DNA from: a virus
Reading direction: 5' to 3' (one strand)
Length of the DNA: 64,000 nt
IMG/VR virus record: IMGVR_UViG_3300048599_000816
Location: 32,545 to 96,544 of that record
Made by a program: the position numbers and the translations under genes
Part shown: in pieces, positions 46,376-55,666 of the stretch
How positions within the stretch are numbered: the stretch's first letter is position 1
Layout of the letters: each line of letters starts with the position of its first letter
The notes under the pieces: model-generated
Seen by the model: the letters and a program-made list of their open reading frames with translations, nothing else
Database searches by the model: none
Told to the model about the DNA's origin: nothing

Positions 46376-47496
46376 TTTTCATACTTTCTTTGTATTTCTT
46401 TAAATTTTAAAAAATCATCGACAATATCAACACATAAGTCATGAATTGCTTCTCGATCTGGTGATTTTTGTAATGTCGATGTTTTATATAGTTCAGCAAG
46501 AATACTATCCTGTTCTTTTGCATATTCTTCTATTTTTTCAAAAGACCACGAGCCATTACGTATCTCTTTTAGTTCTTCAGCATCAATGCGTGTACGATCA
46601 ACAAAAATAGTTTTATGTTCAAGTGCTTCTTTGCCCATACGAAGAAGTCTTACTAAATGCATTGAATGTTTTGTGTCAAAACCGAACTTTTCTTCAAGAT
46701 CAGCTCTTTTTTTGTTTCTTGATTTTTTCCAAGCTTCATACTGTTCCCATTGCAAATTTGCATTGTAATACAAAAGCTCTCTTCTTGCCTGATCAACATA
46801 TTCGTCTTTTAAATATTGTGTACCAAGTGTCAAGAACGAATTGCATTGTGCTTTTATACCTTGTTGAAGCCATTCTATTGCTAGAATTCGTTCTCCAGGA
46901 ATAAGATAACGAGAAAGTAATGGTATTACATAATCACCATAAATTCTATCAAGTTCTGCAATAAAAAAATGACGTTCTGATTCGATAATTATTTCAAGTG
47001 CTGCTTGACAAACAGCTTTAATTTGTGATGAAGGAAACATAGGATCAATGGGTAAACCAAAATCACTACGTTCAGGTTTCTTTTTAGGAGGATCTAAAAG
47101 AAATTTACGATGTGTTTTAATTCTGTTTAATTGAGAAATTGCATACTCAGAAAAAGTATACCTTGCACGTTTTGAAAGAAACAAATCTCTTTTTTCAAGA
47201 ACTTTATCCCAAGCTTTTGAAGATTTTACAATACAACGTGGTGATGTGAAAAGAAGATCGAGCATGTTTGGATTGTTGTCAGCAATAAGAGTGAGAGCTT
47301 TTCTTATCTCAAAGACAGTTTCATCATGTTCAAACCCCTGAAATTGTTCGACCTTTTTAAAACCTAAAAAATATTCATATCCAGGAATCATTACGCCGGC
47401 ATAGTCAATATCAGAAAACTCATTATTAGTACCATAGGCCTGTGATCCTACTATGCAACGAAATATTGTGTGATCTTCTACGTATTTAATTTCCAT
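46372..47496 (-). CDS. Pol-beta-superfamily nucleotidyltransferase (minimal NTase core plus large helical C-domain)
   Basis: GS-x9-D-x-D motif VGSQAYGTNNEFSDIDYAGV. Confidence 0.55.
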   Translation of the reverse strand: MEIKYVEDHTIFRCIVGSQAYGTNNEFSDIDYAGVMIPGYEYFLGFKKVEQFQGFEHDETVFEIRKALTLIADNNPNMLDLLFTSPRCIVKSSKAWDKVLEKRDLFLSKRARYTFSEYAISQLNRIKTHRKFLLDPPKKKPERSDFGLPIDPMFPSSQIKAVCQAALEIIIESERHFFIAELDRIYGDYVIPLLSRYLIPGERILAIEWLQQGIKAQCNSFLTLGTQYLKDEYVDQARRELLYYNANLQWEQYEAWKKSRNKKRADLEEKFGFDTKHSMHLVRLLRMGKEALEHKTIFVDRTRIDAEELKEIRNGSWSFEKIEEYAKEQDSILAELYKTSTLQKSPDREAIHDLCVDIVDDFLKFKEIQRKYEK

Positions 47497-47986
47497 CGTC
47501 TTCTTCTGGTCCTTGATTCAATTCATAAATTGCTTGACTAAGTTGTTGATTTACAGTTCTTACATACTCTTCTGATGAATTCTCGTCGAGTAAATCTGAT
47601 AAAAGTTTTACCTCGTTAAATTTATCAAGCTTTCCTTTCAAAAAAGCTTTTTCATCAGGATTTTCGCAAGTAGATATTTTTTCTATCATTGTTTTTAATA
47701 CTTTTTCATAACTTTTATTTGATTGTTGCTTTAAAAAAGTAGACAATTCTTTGGGAGTTTTAGGGAAGTCATCAATTTGCAATTCGTTCAAAGCATAAAA
47801 AACTCTTTGTGTCATTGTGTTACATAAACCAGAATTCAAAACATCTAAAAGAACAAAAAGCTTATGTATTCGTTTTTCTGCATCAAGATTGTACATATAC
47901 AGCTTTGAAATATGATTCATTTGTCTTAAATGAAGAAGACCACTTAACATTGAAATAAAACATAACAAGATCACTAAAAAAGCCAT
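47486..47986 (-). CDS. hypothetical protein with N-terminal TM
   Basis: Minus ORF. Confidence 0.4.
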   Translation of the reverse strand: MAFLVILLCFISMLSGLLHLRQMNHISKLYMYNLDAEKRIHKLFVLLDVLNSGLCNTMTQRVFYALNELQIDDFPKTPKELSTFLKQQSNKSYEKVLKTMIEKISTCENPDEKAFLKGKLDKFNEVKLLSDLLDENSSEEYVRTVNQQLSQAIYELNQGPEEDDGN

Positions 47987-47998
47987 TATTATTTCTTT

Positions 47999-49987
47999 CT
48001 ACTTTAATAAATTAAAAAATTCAAGTTCACTTAAAACGGGAATATTAAGTTGTTTAGCTCTATCAAGTTTTGAACCAGCATCTTCACCTACAACAAGATA
48101 AGTAAGACCCTTTTTAACTGCCTTCTCTATTTGACCACCATTCTTTATTACAATAGCATGCATATCTTCTCTTGTAAGACGTTCTCCATTTTTGTCTGTT
48201 GATTGAATTGTTCCTGTAAAACAAAATATTTTACCTTTTAAAGCTTCAGAATCAATCTTTACTTTATCAGGTTCTTTGATTGTTATTCCAACGTCAAAAA
48301 GATTTTTTATCACAATTGCTTTCTCTTGTAATCCTTTTTTAATTTGAGATGCAGTTTTTTCACCAATTCCATTAACTGCAACCAACTGCTCTTCTGTTGC
48401 ATTGTAAATTTTCAAAATATCATTGTAACCAGCTTTTATTAAAGCTTGAGCAGTTTCAGTAGAGAAATTAGGCATATTGAGACCTGCAATAAATTCAGGA
48501 AGTGTGATACACATTTTTGCTTTCAAGTTTTCAACAACTTTTGTTGCTGAACGTTCGCCCATGCGTTCAAGTTCTGAAACCTGACTAACTGTAAGTCTAT
48601 AAAAATCTGCAGGTTCTCTTACAAGATGCTTATCATAAAGCATTTGAATAATTTTTGGACCCACACTATCAATATTCAAAACATTTATCCAACGTTCAAG
48701 ATTCCCTGTGCCAAGACCTGAACATGCATCATTAGTACAAGATAAAAATTTACTTGCTGTTAATTGTCCCTTCACAAGAGAAATTTGAATTTCAGCTTTC
48801 CCCCCGCATTCAGGACAAGTAGATGGAACTTCAAAGTTTTCAGTACCACCACCAATATTTTTAACCATATAAGGAATAACATCATTTGCACGTTCAATAA
48901 GAACAGAGCAACCTTTTTTGAGTTTGAACGATTTAAAGATATCAACATTATGAAGACTGCATCGACGAACAGTAACACCACCCATAGATACTGGTTGTAA
49001 TATTGCAATTGGTGTTATTCTTCGACTATTTCCTATATGCCATATAACATCAAGAAGTATTGTTTCTTTTTGCATTGGTTTAAACTTCCAAGCAATTTGA
49101 GCTTTTGGATTTCCACCTAACATTCCATGTTGTTCTTGAAGAGCAAGAGAATTTGCACGTATTACAAGACCATCAATGTCATAAGGCAATGTTGCTCTTA
49201 TCGTTGATTCATATTCATCAAAGATTTGAATTGCTTCTGTTTTTGAAACTTTTTTCCAAAAACAAGTTTTAAGGCCGAAGCTCTCGATCATTAGAAGTTT
49301 TTCTTCTTCAGTAGTACAATTTACACCTTTGATGTTATAAAAATAGATTGACAAAAATTCGACATTTTCACCGTCAAGAGTTTTCTGAAGACCTACTGCA
49401 GTATTTCGAGGATTTTTATAGTCGCGACCACTCTTAACAATGAGAGCTTCAAAATCTTCTCTCAAGATAAAAACTTCACCATAGAGATTACCAGTAAAAC
49501 CTGGAATGAATGATTTAACATTTTTCATCTTTAAAACGTTTTGAAGCACATCTTCGCCTTCATTACCATCACCACGTGAAATTGCTTGTATGAGATTCCC
49601 ATTCGAATAAACAAGATCAATAGAACCACCATCCATTTTGTCGAAAACAACGTATGAAGTATCGCCAATTTCTTCACACCATTTTTCAAACTCACTACGA
49701 AAATTGACTTTGTTTAAAGATGTCATGATAATTCGATGAGCAGCTTTTTTCCATTCAGAAGCAACAACAGGTGCACCAACTTGGTTAAGAAATTCTTCAA
49801 CTTCTTTCACAAGTTTTGGGTCAATAGATTTTTTAGGAAGAAGAACTCTATTATAAAGAGTTATAAGGCGATCTTTTTTTGTATCATACTCAGCATCAGG
49901 AATAATGGATTCACTATCGTTGTAATAAGCATTAGAAGCTTTCACTAATACTTCAAGGATTTCCCTTGCTTCATCAAATAATCTCAT
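47999..49987 (-). CDS. ligA: NAD-dependent DNA ligase
   Basis: Adenylation motif KMDGG, OB motif GGVTVRRCSLHN, Cys4 zinc finger, HhH, C-terminal BRCT; SD AAGGAG. Confidence 0.85.
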   Translation of the reverse strand: MRLFDEAREILEVLVKASNAYYNDSESIIPDAEYDTKKDRLITLYNRVLLPKKSIDPKLVKEVEEFLNQVGAPVVASEWKKAAHRIIMTSLNKVNFRSEFEKWCEEIGDTSYVVFDKMDGGSIDLVYSNGNLIQAISRGDGNEGEDVLQNVLKMKNVKSFIPGFTGNLYGEVFILREDFEALIVKSGRDYKNPRNTAVGLQKTLDGENVEFLSIYFYNIKGVNCTTEEEKLLMIESFGLKTCFWKKVSKTEAIQIFDEYESTIRATLPYDIDGLVIRANSLALQEQHGMLGGNPKAQIAWKFKPMQKETILLDVIWHIGNSRRITPIAILQPVSMGGVTVRRCSLHNVDIFKSFKLKKGCSVLIERANDVIPYMVKNIGGGTENFEVPSTCPECGGKAEIQISLVKGQLTASKFLSCTNDACSGLGTGNLERWINVLNIDSVGPKIIQMLYDKHLVREPADFYRLTVSQVSELERMGERSATKVVENLKAKMCITLPEFIAGLNMPNFSTETAQALIKAGYNDILKIYNATEEQLVAVNGIGEKTASQIKKGLQEKAIVIKNLFDVGITIKEPDKVKIDSEALKGKIFCFTGTIQSTDKNGERLTREDMHAIVIKNGGQIEKAVKKGLTYLVVGEDAGSKLDRAKQLNIPVLSELEFFNLLK

Positions 49988-50000
49988 AAATAACTCCTTT

Positions 50001-50025
50001 GTATCGTATCTATTATATCACATGC
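50001..50025 (-). promoter_or_regulatory. recurrent upstream motif, two overlapping copies (gtatcgtatc / ttatatcacatg)
   Basis: Upstream of ligA SD and ATG 49987. Confidence 0.4.
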
Positions 50026-50106
50026 TTTCACATAAACAACCAAATAAATAAAACGTGCCCAAGCAAAAACGCTTAAGCACATTTCAAAAAAAGGGGGGTA
50101 TTTTAA

Positions 50107-50382
50107 TTATTCAAAAAAAGAACATGTATCTTTGAGGCAATCATAACAAGAATGGATTTTTTTGCAGTCTTTACAAACAGAATTATTCCAAGCTTTTTTA
50201 AAAGATTCAGCATGTGTTTCTACCCATTGGATAAAAAACTGTTCTGAAGGTTGACCATTTTGATCAAAACGAAGATTTTTTCGAGCTTTTTCGCTTTCTA
50301 TATAGACTGATTTATCAATTGCATGCATTTGTGCAATAAGAAATTTAGCAAATTCAAGTTCATGAATACAAGCCATAAACAC
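50107..50382 (-). CDS. Cys-rich hypothetical protein
   Basis: Minus ORF. Confidence 0.4.
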   Translation of the reverse strand: MFMACIHELEFAKFLIAQMHAIDKSVYIESEKARKNLRFDQNGQPSEQFFIQWVETHAESFKKAWNNSVCKDCKKIHSCYDCLKDTCSFFE

Positions 50383-50478
50383 TCACTTGTTATCTTATAA
50401 AGACTCCTTACTGTTTAATCTATATTATTTTAATTTTCCCTTAAAGTAAAATTAATAAACACTTTGCAAAAAATAGTC

Positions 50479-51354
50479 TTAAATTTCAATAAAAGTTGAT
50501 GAAACAACATATTGATTTATCTCAAACAAAACAAAATTTGTTTTTGGAACTGGCATATAGATATTAGGATATATTTGCCCGGGTTGCACAACTAAAGTCT
50601 TACCTAAATATTTTTTCCAAACACCAGTAATAGAATATGATTCATGAATATGACCATGCAAAGTAAGTAATGGTTGTTCTTTTTCAATCCAATTATAAAT
50701 TGATTTTGACCCTACAGGATTTAAACAATCATATGTTCCATTTTGTAAAAGTCTACCACAAACATCAAGTTCAAGATTTGCTGGTGGCATGTGTATTGCA
50801 TATACTGTGCAAGGATGTGTAACAATTTCTTTTTGCAAATCTTCTTCTATTGTAGTTTTTTCGCTAAAATAAAGATCTAAATCGTTAATATCAACAAAAC
50901 CCTTTTCAGACACGTCAACACCTTTTTTGCAAAAAGGTCGATTCCAACCTCTATAGTCAAGTTTACATGCAGATTTTAATCCAAAGGGATAATCACAAAC
51001 ATAAGGATATGCTTTGAACAAAATACCTTCGATTTCTACAGGATTCTCATTAAGTAGATTCCCAAATTTTCTAAAGTATTTCTTTCTAGAATAAATATCA
51101 TCATTCCCAAAGAAGACTAAAATCTTTATTCCATTTTGGGAGGCTTTTTCAAAGTAATTTTTGAGAAACTTATTTATGAATTTTTTTTGTATTTCAGTAA
51201 TATTGTAGCCTTTAGGTAAAAAATCTGAACCTAAATGAATAAGTTTTATCTTGTTGTCAAGAGCATAATTTAAAATATCATTATATTTTTTTTCAATACC
51301 ATGAAGATCAGTAGCATAAATAAATAACATCACAACTCCGAGGTTTTTATGCAA
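50479..51354 (-). CDS. calcineurin-like metallophosphoesterase
   Basis: DLHG, GNDD, GHIHE motifs. Confidence 0.65.
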   Translation of the reverse strand: MHKNLGVVMLFIYATDLHGIEKKYNDILNYALDNKIKLIHLGSDFLPKGYNITEIQKKFINKFLKNYFEKASQNGIKILVFFGNDDIYSRKKYFRKFGNLLNENPVEIEGILFKAYPYVCDYPFGLKSACKLDYRGWNRPFCKKGVDVSEKGFVDINDLDLYFSEKTTIEEDLQKEIVTHPCTVYAIHMPPANLELDVCGRLLQNGTYDCLNPVGSKSIYNWIEKEQPLLTLHGHIHESYSITGVWKKYLGKTLVVQPGQIYPNIYMPVPKTNFVLFEINQYVVSSTFIEI

Positions 51355-51515
51355 GAGAAAAAAGAAAAAACAAGAATCGAGATCCTTGTCGAAAATGGTT
51401 ACAAACGGTTAGATAATTATTATAAAATGAAGATTAAAAAGTCTAAATATAGTAGAGAATCTGAGTACCAAAATGTGTGTATTATTAGTAAGAATTTTAA
51501 AAATTAACTGTATAA

Positions 51516-51595
51516 TGGAGCTGGGAGTAGGGGTTTCACCTACAAGGTTGATTATGCTGAATCAACAGCACCTTACCTTTGACGGGGTCCCCAGC
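51516..51595 (-). ncRNA. tRNA-like element with genomically encoded NCCA 3' end
   Basis: Minus strand: 7-bp acceptor helix GCUGGGG/UCCCAGC, T-arm GUAGG-UGAAACC-CCUAC, discriminator U + CCA, 7-bp anticodon-like stem (6-nt loop), weak D-arm; 80 nt. Confidence 0.35.
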
Positions 51596-51602
51596 ATAAA
51601 TT

Positions 51603-52214
51603 TTAAAACTTATAACTTCCTGAGGGCTTTCTTACTTTAAGTTGCCACCATACTTCAGGACAATCTTTTAGATTCCACTGAATTTTTCCTTTCTTTGACT
51701 TTACTACAAGTCCTTCATTTTCGGGTTCTTTAATTACCTCGTCATAAAGTCCTTTAAAATTACCAGGGAAAGTATCAGCAAGTTTAAAATGTTTATTTTT
51801 TCTGTTTTCACCAAAGATATCTTCAATCATACGGCGACGAACTTCTAAAGTCTCAAAAACTTGTTCACCTTTATACCAATAAATATCATAGACGTAAACT
51901 TGATGTTTAATGTGTTTTGTCTTTTGATGCAAAAGTTCAGCATCAATATGAGTACCATGAGGAATTTTGAAAGAATCTAATTCATCTAAAAGACTTGGTG
52001 AAGGTTCATATGACAAAACATCTTTATGTCTATTCCAAAAAACAAATCCGTTGAAACTTTTCATTTGAGAAGATTCTACAGGATCATTCCTCAATGCAAG
52101 ACGAGAACCATTTTTCTTTATTTCTGCCCACCAATCAGGATCTTCTGATTTCTCAGCAAAAGTCTGACTTTCAATAGTAATAAGAATAGGTTTATTAGGG
52201 TAAAAATAAATCAT
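51603..52214 (-). CDS. ligase/capping-family nucleotidyltransferase (small DNA/RNA-ligase-like)
   Basis: Motif I AEIKKNGSR (KxNG variant as in RNA ligases), III DAEL, IV EGLVVK; motif 52242-52254 and SD AAGGAG. Confidence 0.5.
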   Translation of the reverse strand: MIYFYPNKPILITIESQTFAEKSEDPDWWAEIKKNGSRLALRNDPVESSQMKSFNGFVFWNRHKDVLSYEPSPSLLDELDSFKIPHGTHIDAELLHQKTKHIKHQVYVYDIYWYKGEQVFETLEVRRRMIEDIFGENRKNKHFKLADTFPGNFKGLYDEVIKEPENEGLVVKSKKGKIQWNLKDCPEVWWQLKVRKPSGSYKF

Positions 52215-52241
52215 AAGTAGAATCTCCTTTTGAAACTCTAC

Positions 52242-52254
52242 TTATATCGTGAGT
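52242..52254 (-). promoter_or_regulatory. recurrent upstream motif instance (cttatatcgtgag)
   Basis: 28 nt upstream of ATG 52214, 5' of SD AAGGAG. Confidence 0.45.
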
Positions 52255-52279
52255 AATAATTAAATTGCCATATTGAATA

Positions 52280-52684
52280 TTAGAAGTCAGATCTTGATAC
52301 ATAATATGAGTAAGCTTTGTCATATTTTTCTTTGTATCTTTTTTTTGCTTTATTTTTACATGAGTCAAAGATAGAGTCTAATTGAACAGTAGTGTAAGTA
52401 GCATAATTTGTTGTATCATTTAAATCTAACAATGGTACGCTCGATGTGATGAAAAAACTTATACCATATAGTTGATTAAAATTCTCATTTATAAGTCTTA
52501 TACTTTGTAAGACTTCGCTCTTTTCAGCAAATCTTAGTTGGTTTAGTTCAATGCTTGTAAATTTTCTTTTGTTTTTTATATTATAGTTTTCCATAGAATA
52601 TAGCACATAAGAAAACATAAATATTGAACAAATAAACATAACTAAATTTAAACTAGTTAAAAAATTGCTTTTAAAAACTGACAT
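52280..52684 (-). CDS. membrane hypothetical protein
   Basis: N-terminal TM. Confidence 0.4.
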   Translation of the reverse strand: MSVFKSNFLTSLNLVMFICSIFMFSYVLYSMENYNIKNKRKFTSIELNQLRFAEKSEVLQSIRLINENFNQLYGISFFITSSVPLLDLNDTTNYATYTTVQLDSIFDSCKNKAKKRYKEKYDKAYSYYVSRSDF

Positions 52685-52742
52685 TGTTTACACCCCTTCA
52701 GGTTGTTTTCTGGTTTAATAGGTGTTAAAATTCAAATCCTTT

Positions 52743-54737
52743 CTATGTTTCAATTGGTTTACCATCCATAGAGAATAGATTTCGACATTTAGGAAAGTTA
52801 CTACATCCGCCGAATTCTTTTCCAGTTTTAGTCGACACTCTGATAGCAATTTTAGCACCACATTTATTGCAGACTACACCATCAAGGTACCGTGCTTCTT
52901 TCTTAATGTTAGAAACTGGCTCTCCGTTTTCACCTATCTTAAAAAATGCGTCACACTTGTTCTTCCCACGAACTGTAAAACCTGCACATCCATAAAACTC
53001 ACCAAACTTACCCGACCGTTTTACAAGTTTGTGTTTTTTACAAGTAGGACACGTTATATCTGTTGTCTCGCTTTTTTTTAAACTTTCTGCACCCTGAGCT
53101 GTAACAATACGTTTTCTTATTTCTTTAAAAAACACATCTACAGATTTATACCAGACTAATTCGCCATTTGCAATATCATCTAATTGTTCTTCAATTCTTG
53201 CTGTGTATTTTGTATCCATTAACTCAGGGAAATTTGCAACTAAAAAATCACAAATTTGACAACCTAATTCTGTCGGTTTAAACGATTTTCCATCTTTTTC
53301 AACATAAGTTCTTTTGATTAGTGTATCAACGATTCCTGCATAAGTAGAAGGACGACCAATTCCTTCTTCTTCAAGAGTTTTAACTAGTGATGCTGTGTTA
53401 TAAGCTGCAGCAGGTTTTGTGAAATGTTGTTCTGTTTTTACTTCTTTTAAAACAAGTTTATCGTTTTCTGAAATCTGAGGAAGATCTTCATCTTTTGTAT
53501 TACTATATTTTCCCCAAACTTTTAAATATCCTTCAAATTTAATTATTTGACCATTAGCAACAAATTTATGTTTTGTCGACTTTGATTTTATAATTACTTT
53601 CGAAGAATTTAATTCTGCATCAGACATTTGACATGCTAAAAATCTTGCATGAATTGCTTCATACAACTTGAATTCTGCATCAGAAACACAAGATTTTATT
53701 TCTTCTAACGTCTTTTCTAAATGTGTTGGTCTAATACCCTCATGTGCTTCTTGTGCAACTTTATTTTTTGTCTTAAACATTCGAGGTTTTGAAGGACAAT
53801 ATTTATTTCCAAAATCTGAAATAATAAGTTTTCTTACATTTGTAACTGCTTCATCACTAATATTTAAAGAATCTGTCCTGTGATATGTTATGTGTCCACC
53901 TTCATATAATTTCTGGGCAAGTGACATTGTGTGTTTACCGTCCCAGTTAAATGTAGAAGAACAAAACTGTTGTAATGATGAAGTATTGAAAATTGGATAA
54001 GGTGTTTTTGCTTTAGTAGTCTTAGATATTGATTCAACAAACCAATCAGCGAGAGCCTCAACGTCACATTTGATTCCTGTAGCAATAGTTTCATTTGGTA
54101 TTTCTCCATCAGATTGATAGAGAGCCTTTAGTGTTTCTTTTTTTGAGGTTTGAAATGTACCTGGGATTGACCAATATTCTCTCGGAACAAATGCATCAAT
54201 TTCACGTTGACGCTCGACAATAAGTCTTAAACCTATTGATTGTACTCTACCTGCTGATGTACCTGATTTTACTTTGCTCCAAAGAACAGGTGAAATTTTA
54301 AAACCAACAAGCATATCCAAAACAGATCGGGCTTGTTGTGCATTGAACATATCTTTATTTAATTTTGTAGGATTTTCTAATGCTTTTAGTATTGCTGTTC
54401 TTGTGATTTCGTGAAAAACAATGCGTTTGACTTTTTTATCGTCTTTAACAGCACGTTCAGCTATATGTGTTCCAATTGCTTCGCCTTCTCTGTCAGCATC
54501 AGTAGCAATGAAAACTTCTTCAGCTTCTTTTGACAATTTACTTATTTCATCGACAACTTTTTGTTTTCCATCAATAACAACGTATTTGCATTTGTAATTG
54601 TTATCTACATCAATACTATTATTTGAGCGCTCTATTTGATAACAGTGGCCAACTGAAGCTTTAACAAGAAAATCTCTCGGAAGAAACGACTGAATCGTCT
54701 TAATCTTTCCAGGACTTTCAACAATAAATAAACGCAT
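52743..54737 (-). CDS. topA: DNA topoisomerase IA
   Basis: Toprim LFIVESPGKIKTI, active-site region SGTSAGRVQSIGLRLIVERQREI, C-terminal Cys4 ribbons. Confidence 0.9.
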   Translation of the reverse strand: MRLFIVESPGKIKTIQSFLPRDFLVKASVGHCYQIERSNNSIDVDNNYKCKYVVIDGKQKVVDEISKLSKEAEEVFIATDADREGEAIGTHIAERAVKDDKKVKRIVFHEITRTAILKALENPTKLNKDMFNAQQARSVLDMLVGFKISPVLWSKVKSGTSAGRVQSIGLRLIVERQREIDAFVPREYWSIPGTFQTSKKETLKALYQSDGEIPNETIATGIKCDVEALADWFVESISKTTKAKTPYPIFNTSSLQQFCSSTFNWDGKHTMSLAQKLYEGGHITYHRTDSLNISDEAVTNVRKLIISDFGNKYCPSKPRMFKTKNKVAQEAHEGIRPTHLEKTLEEIKSCVSDAEFKLYEAIHARFLACQMSDAELNSSKVIIKSKSTKHKFVANGQIIKFEGYLKVWGKYSNTKDEDLPQISENDKLVLKEVKTEQHFTKPAAAYNTASLVKTLEEEGIGRPSTYAGIVDTLIKRTYVEKDGKSFKPTELGCQICDFLVANFPELMDTKYTARIEEQLDDIANGELVWYKSVDVFFKEIRKRIVTAQGAESLKKSETTDITCPTCKKHKLVKRSGKFGEFYGCAGFTVRGKNKCDAFFKIGENGEPVSNIKKEARYLDGVVCNKCGAKIAIRVSTKTGKEFGGCSNFPKCRNLFSMDGKPIET

Positions 54738-54797
54738 TTGACTCCTAAAATTCGAGGTATTCTTATTATAAATAAAAACACCCTTTAAAATGCAAAA

Positions 54798-54823
54798 AGA
54801 GATAGGATTCTATCGCTATCTCT
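54798..54823. terminator. hairpin with flanking T-tracts upstream of topA
   Basis: agagatag-gattctatcg-ctatctct. Confidence 0.4.
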
Positions 54824-54994
54824 TGGTTTGTTATGCTAGATGCTATAGCGCATGTTGATAAAAATTCTAGAAAAGGAGCAGAAGAAAAGAGCAGCATTTG
54901 TTATTTTAGAAGTGTCAGCCCTTCTCAAAAACGCTCTTAAGTTCTCCTGCTCAATTAGCATATCGAAATTGTTTAAAATAAATGCCAATTAAAT

Positions 54995-55357
54995 TTAGAT
55001 TCCTGAAGTGCTACCATATTCAAAATAACCTTGGAATCCTGTTACGCCTGTTACAGGAAATGAGTTAGGTTGAATTGTCATCATCTTTAGTGTTTCAGCA
55101 TCGAAACGTTCTTGCTCTTCATTTTTTACTTCAGGTAATTTTAAAGATTTTCCTGTAGTTAAAAACATGAATTTATTATTTAATTTTGAATCTTCTATAG
55201 TTAACTTTTCTTGTATTATTTCGATGTTTTTTTCTAAAATTTCTGACATGAACACAATAAATTGCTTGTCTTCATCTGATTGTTTCAAAATTTCAAGTTT
55301 TTCAGTAAAAAAACTAAGTTCATTTAATAGTGCACTAGACATTCTCTTTGTCATCAT
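54995..55357 (-). CDS. hypothetical protein
   Basis: Minus ORF. Confidence 0.4.
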   Translation of the reverse strand: MMTKRMSSALLNELSFFTEKLEILKQSDEDKQFIVFMSEILEKNIEIIQEKLTIEDSKLNNKFMFLTTGKSLKLPEVKNEEQERFDAETLKMMTIQPNSFPVTGVTGFQGYFEYGSTSGI

Positions 55358-55625
55358 GTATCCACCTTAATTTCCAATTTATTTTCTCATTCTCTAAATT
55401 CTTTTTAATATTGTTATAACATTGTGTCATCCACTCAAACTCTTTTATAAGCCTTTTTTCTGGAGGGAGCATTGACAAAACTCTCTTCCAAAACGCATAT
55501 TCACTTTCAATTTGTATCTTAAATTCAGATTTGTTTTTGACAATATTCCAGCGCTGTTCTTGAACAAATTTATCAAACACTTCGCTCATATGAAAAAATT
55601 TTTTATATAGATCTAATTCCTGCAT
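55335..55625 (-). CDS. hypothetical protein
   Basis: Minus ORF. Confidence 0.4.
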   Translation of the reverse strand: MQELDLYKKFFHMSEVFDKFVQEQRWNIVKNKSEFKIQIESEYAFWKRVLSMLPPEKRLIKEFEWMTQCYNNIKKNLENEKINWKLRWIHDDKENV

Positions 55626-55666
55626 AAAAACCTTATAAATGTGACTACTTATGTAAAAAAATTGAT

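Noticed and set aside
54846-54858. Promoter-motif-like gctatagcgcatg upstream of topA
   Set aside because: It matches the recurrent motif but lies about 110 nt from the start and upstream of a hairpin, so the order motif-terminator-gene is atypical. It was not counted as an instance.
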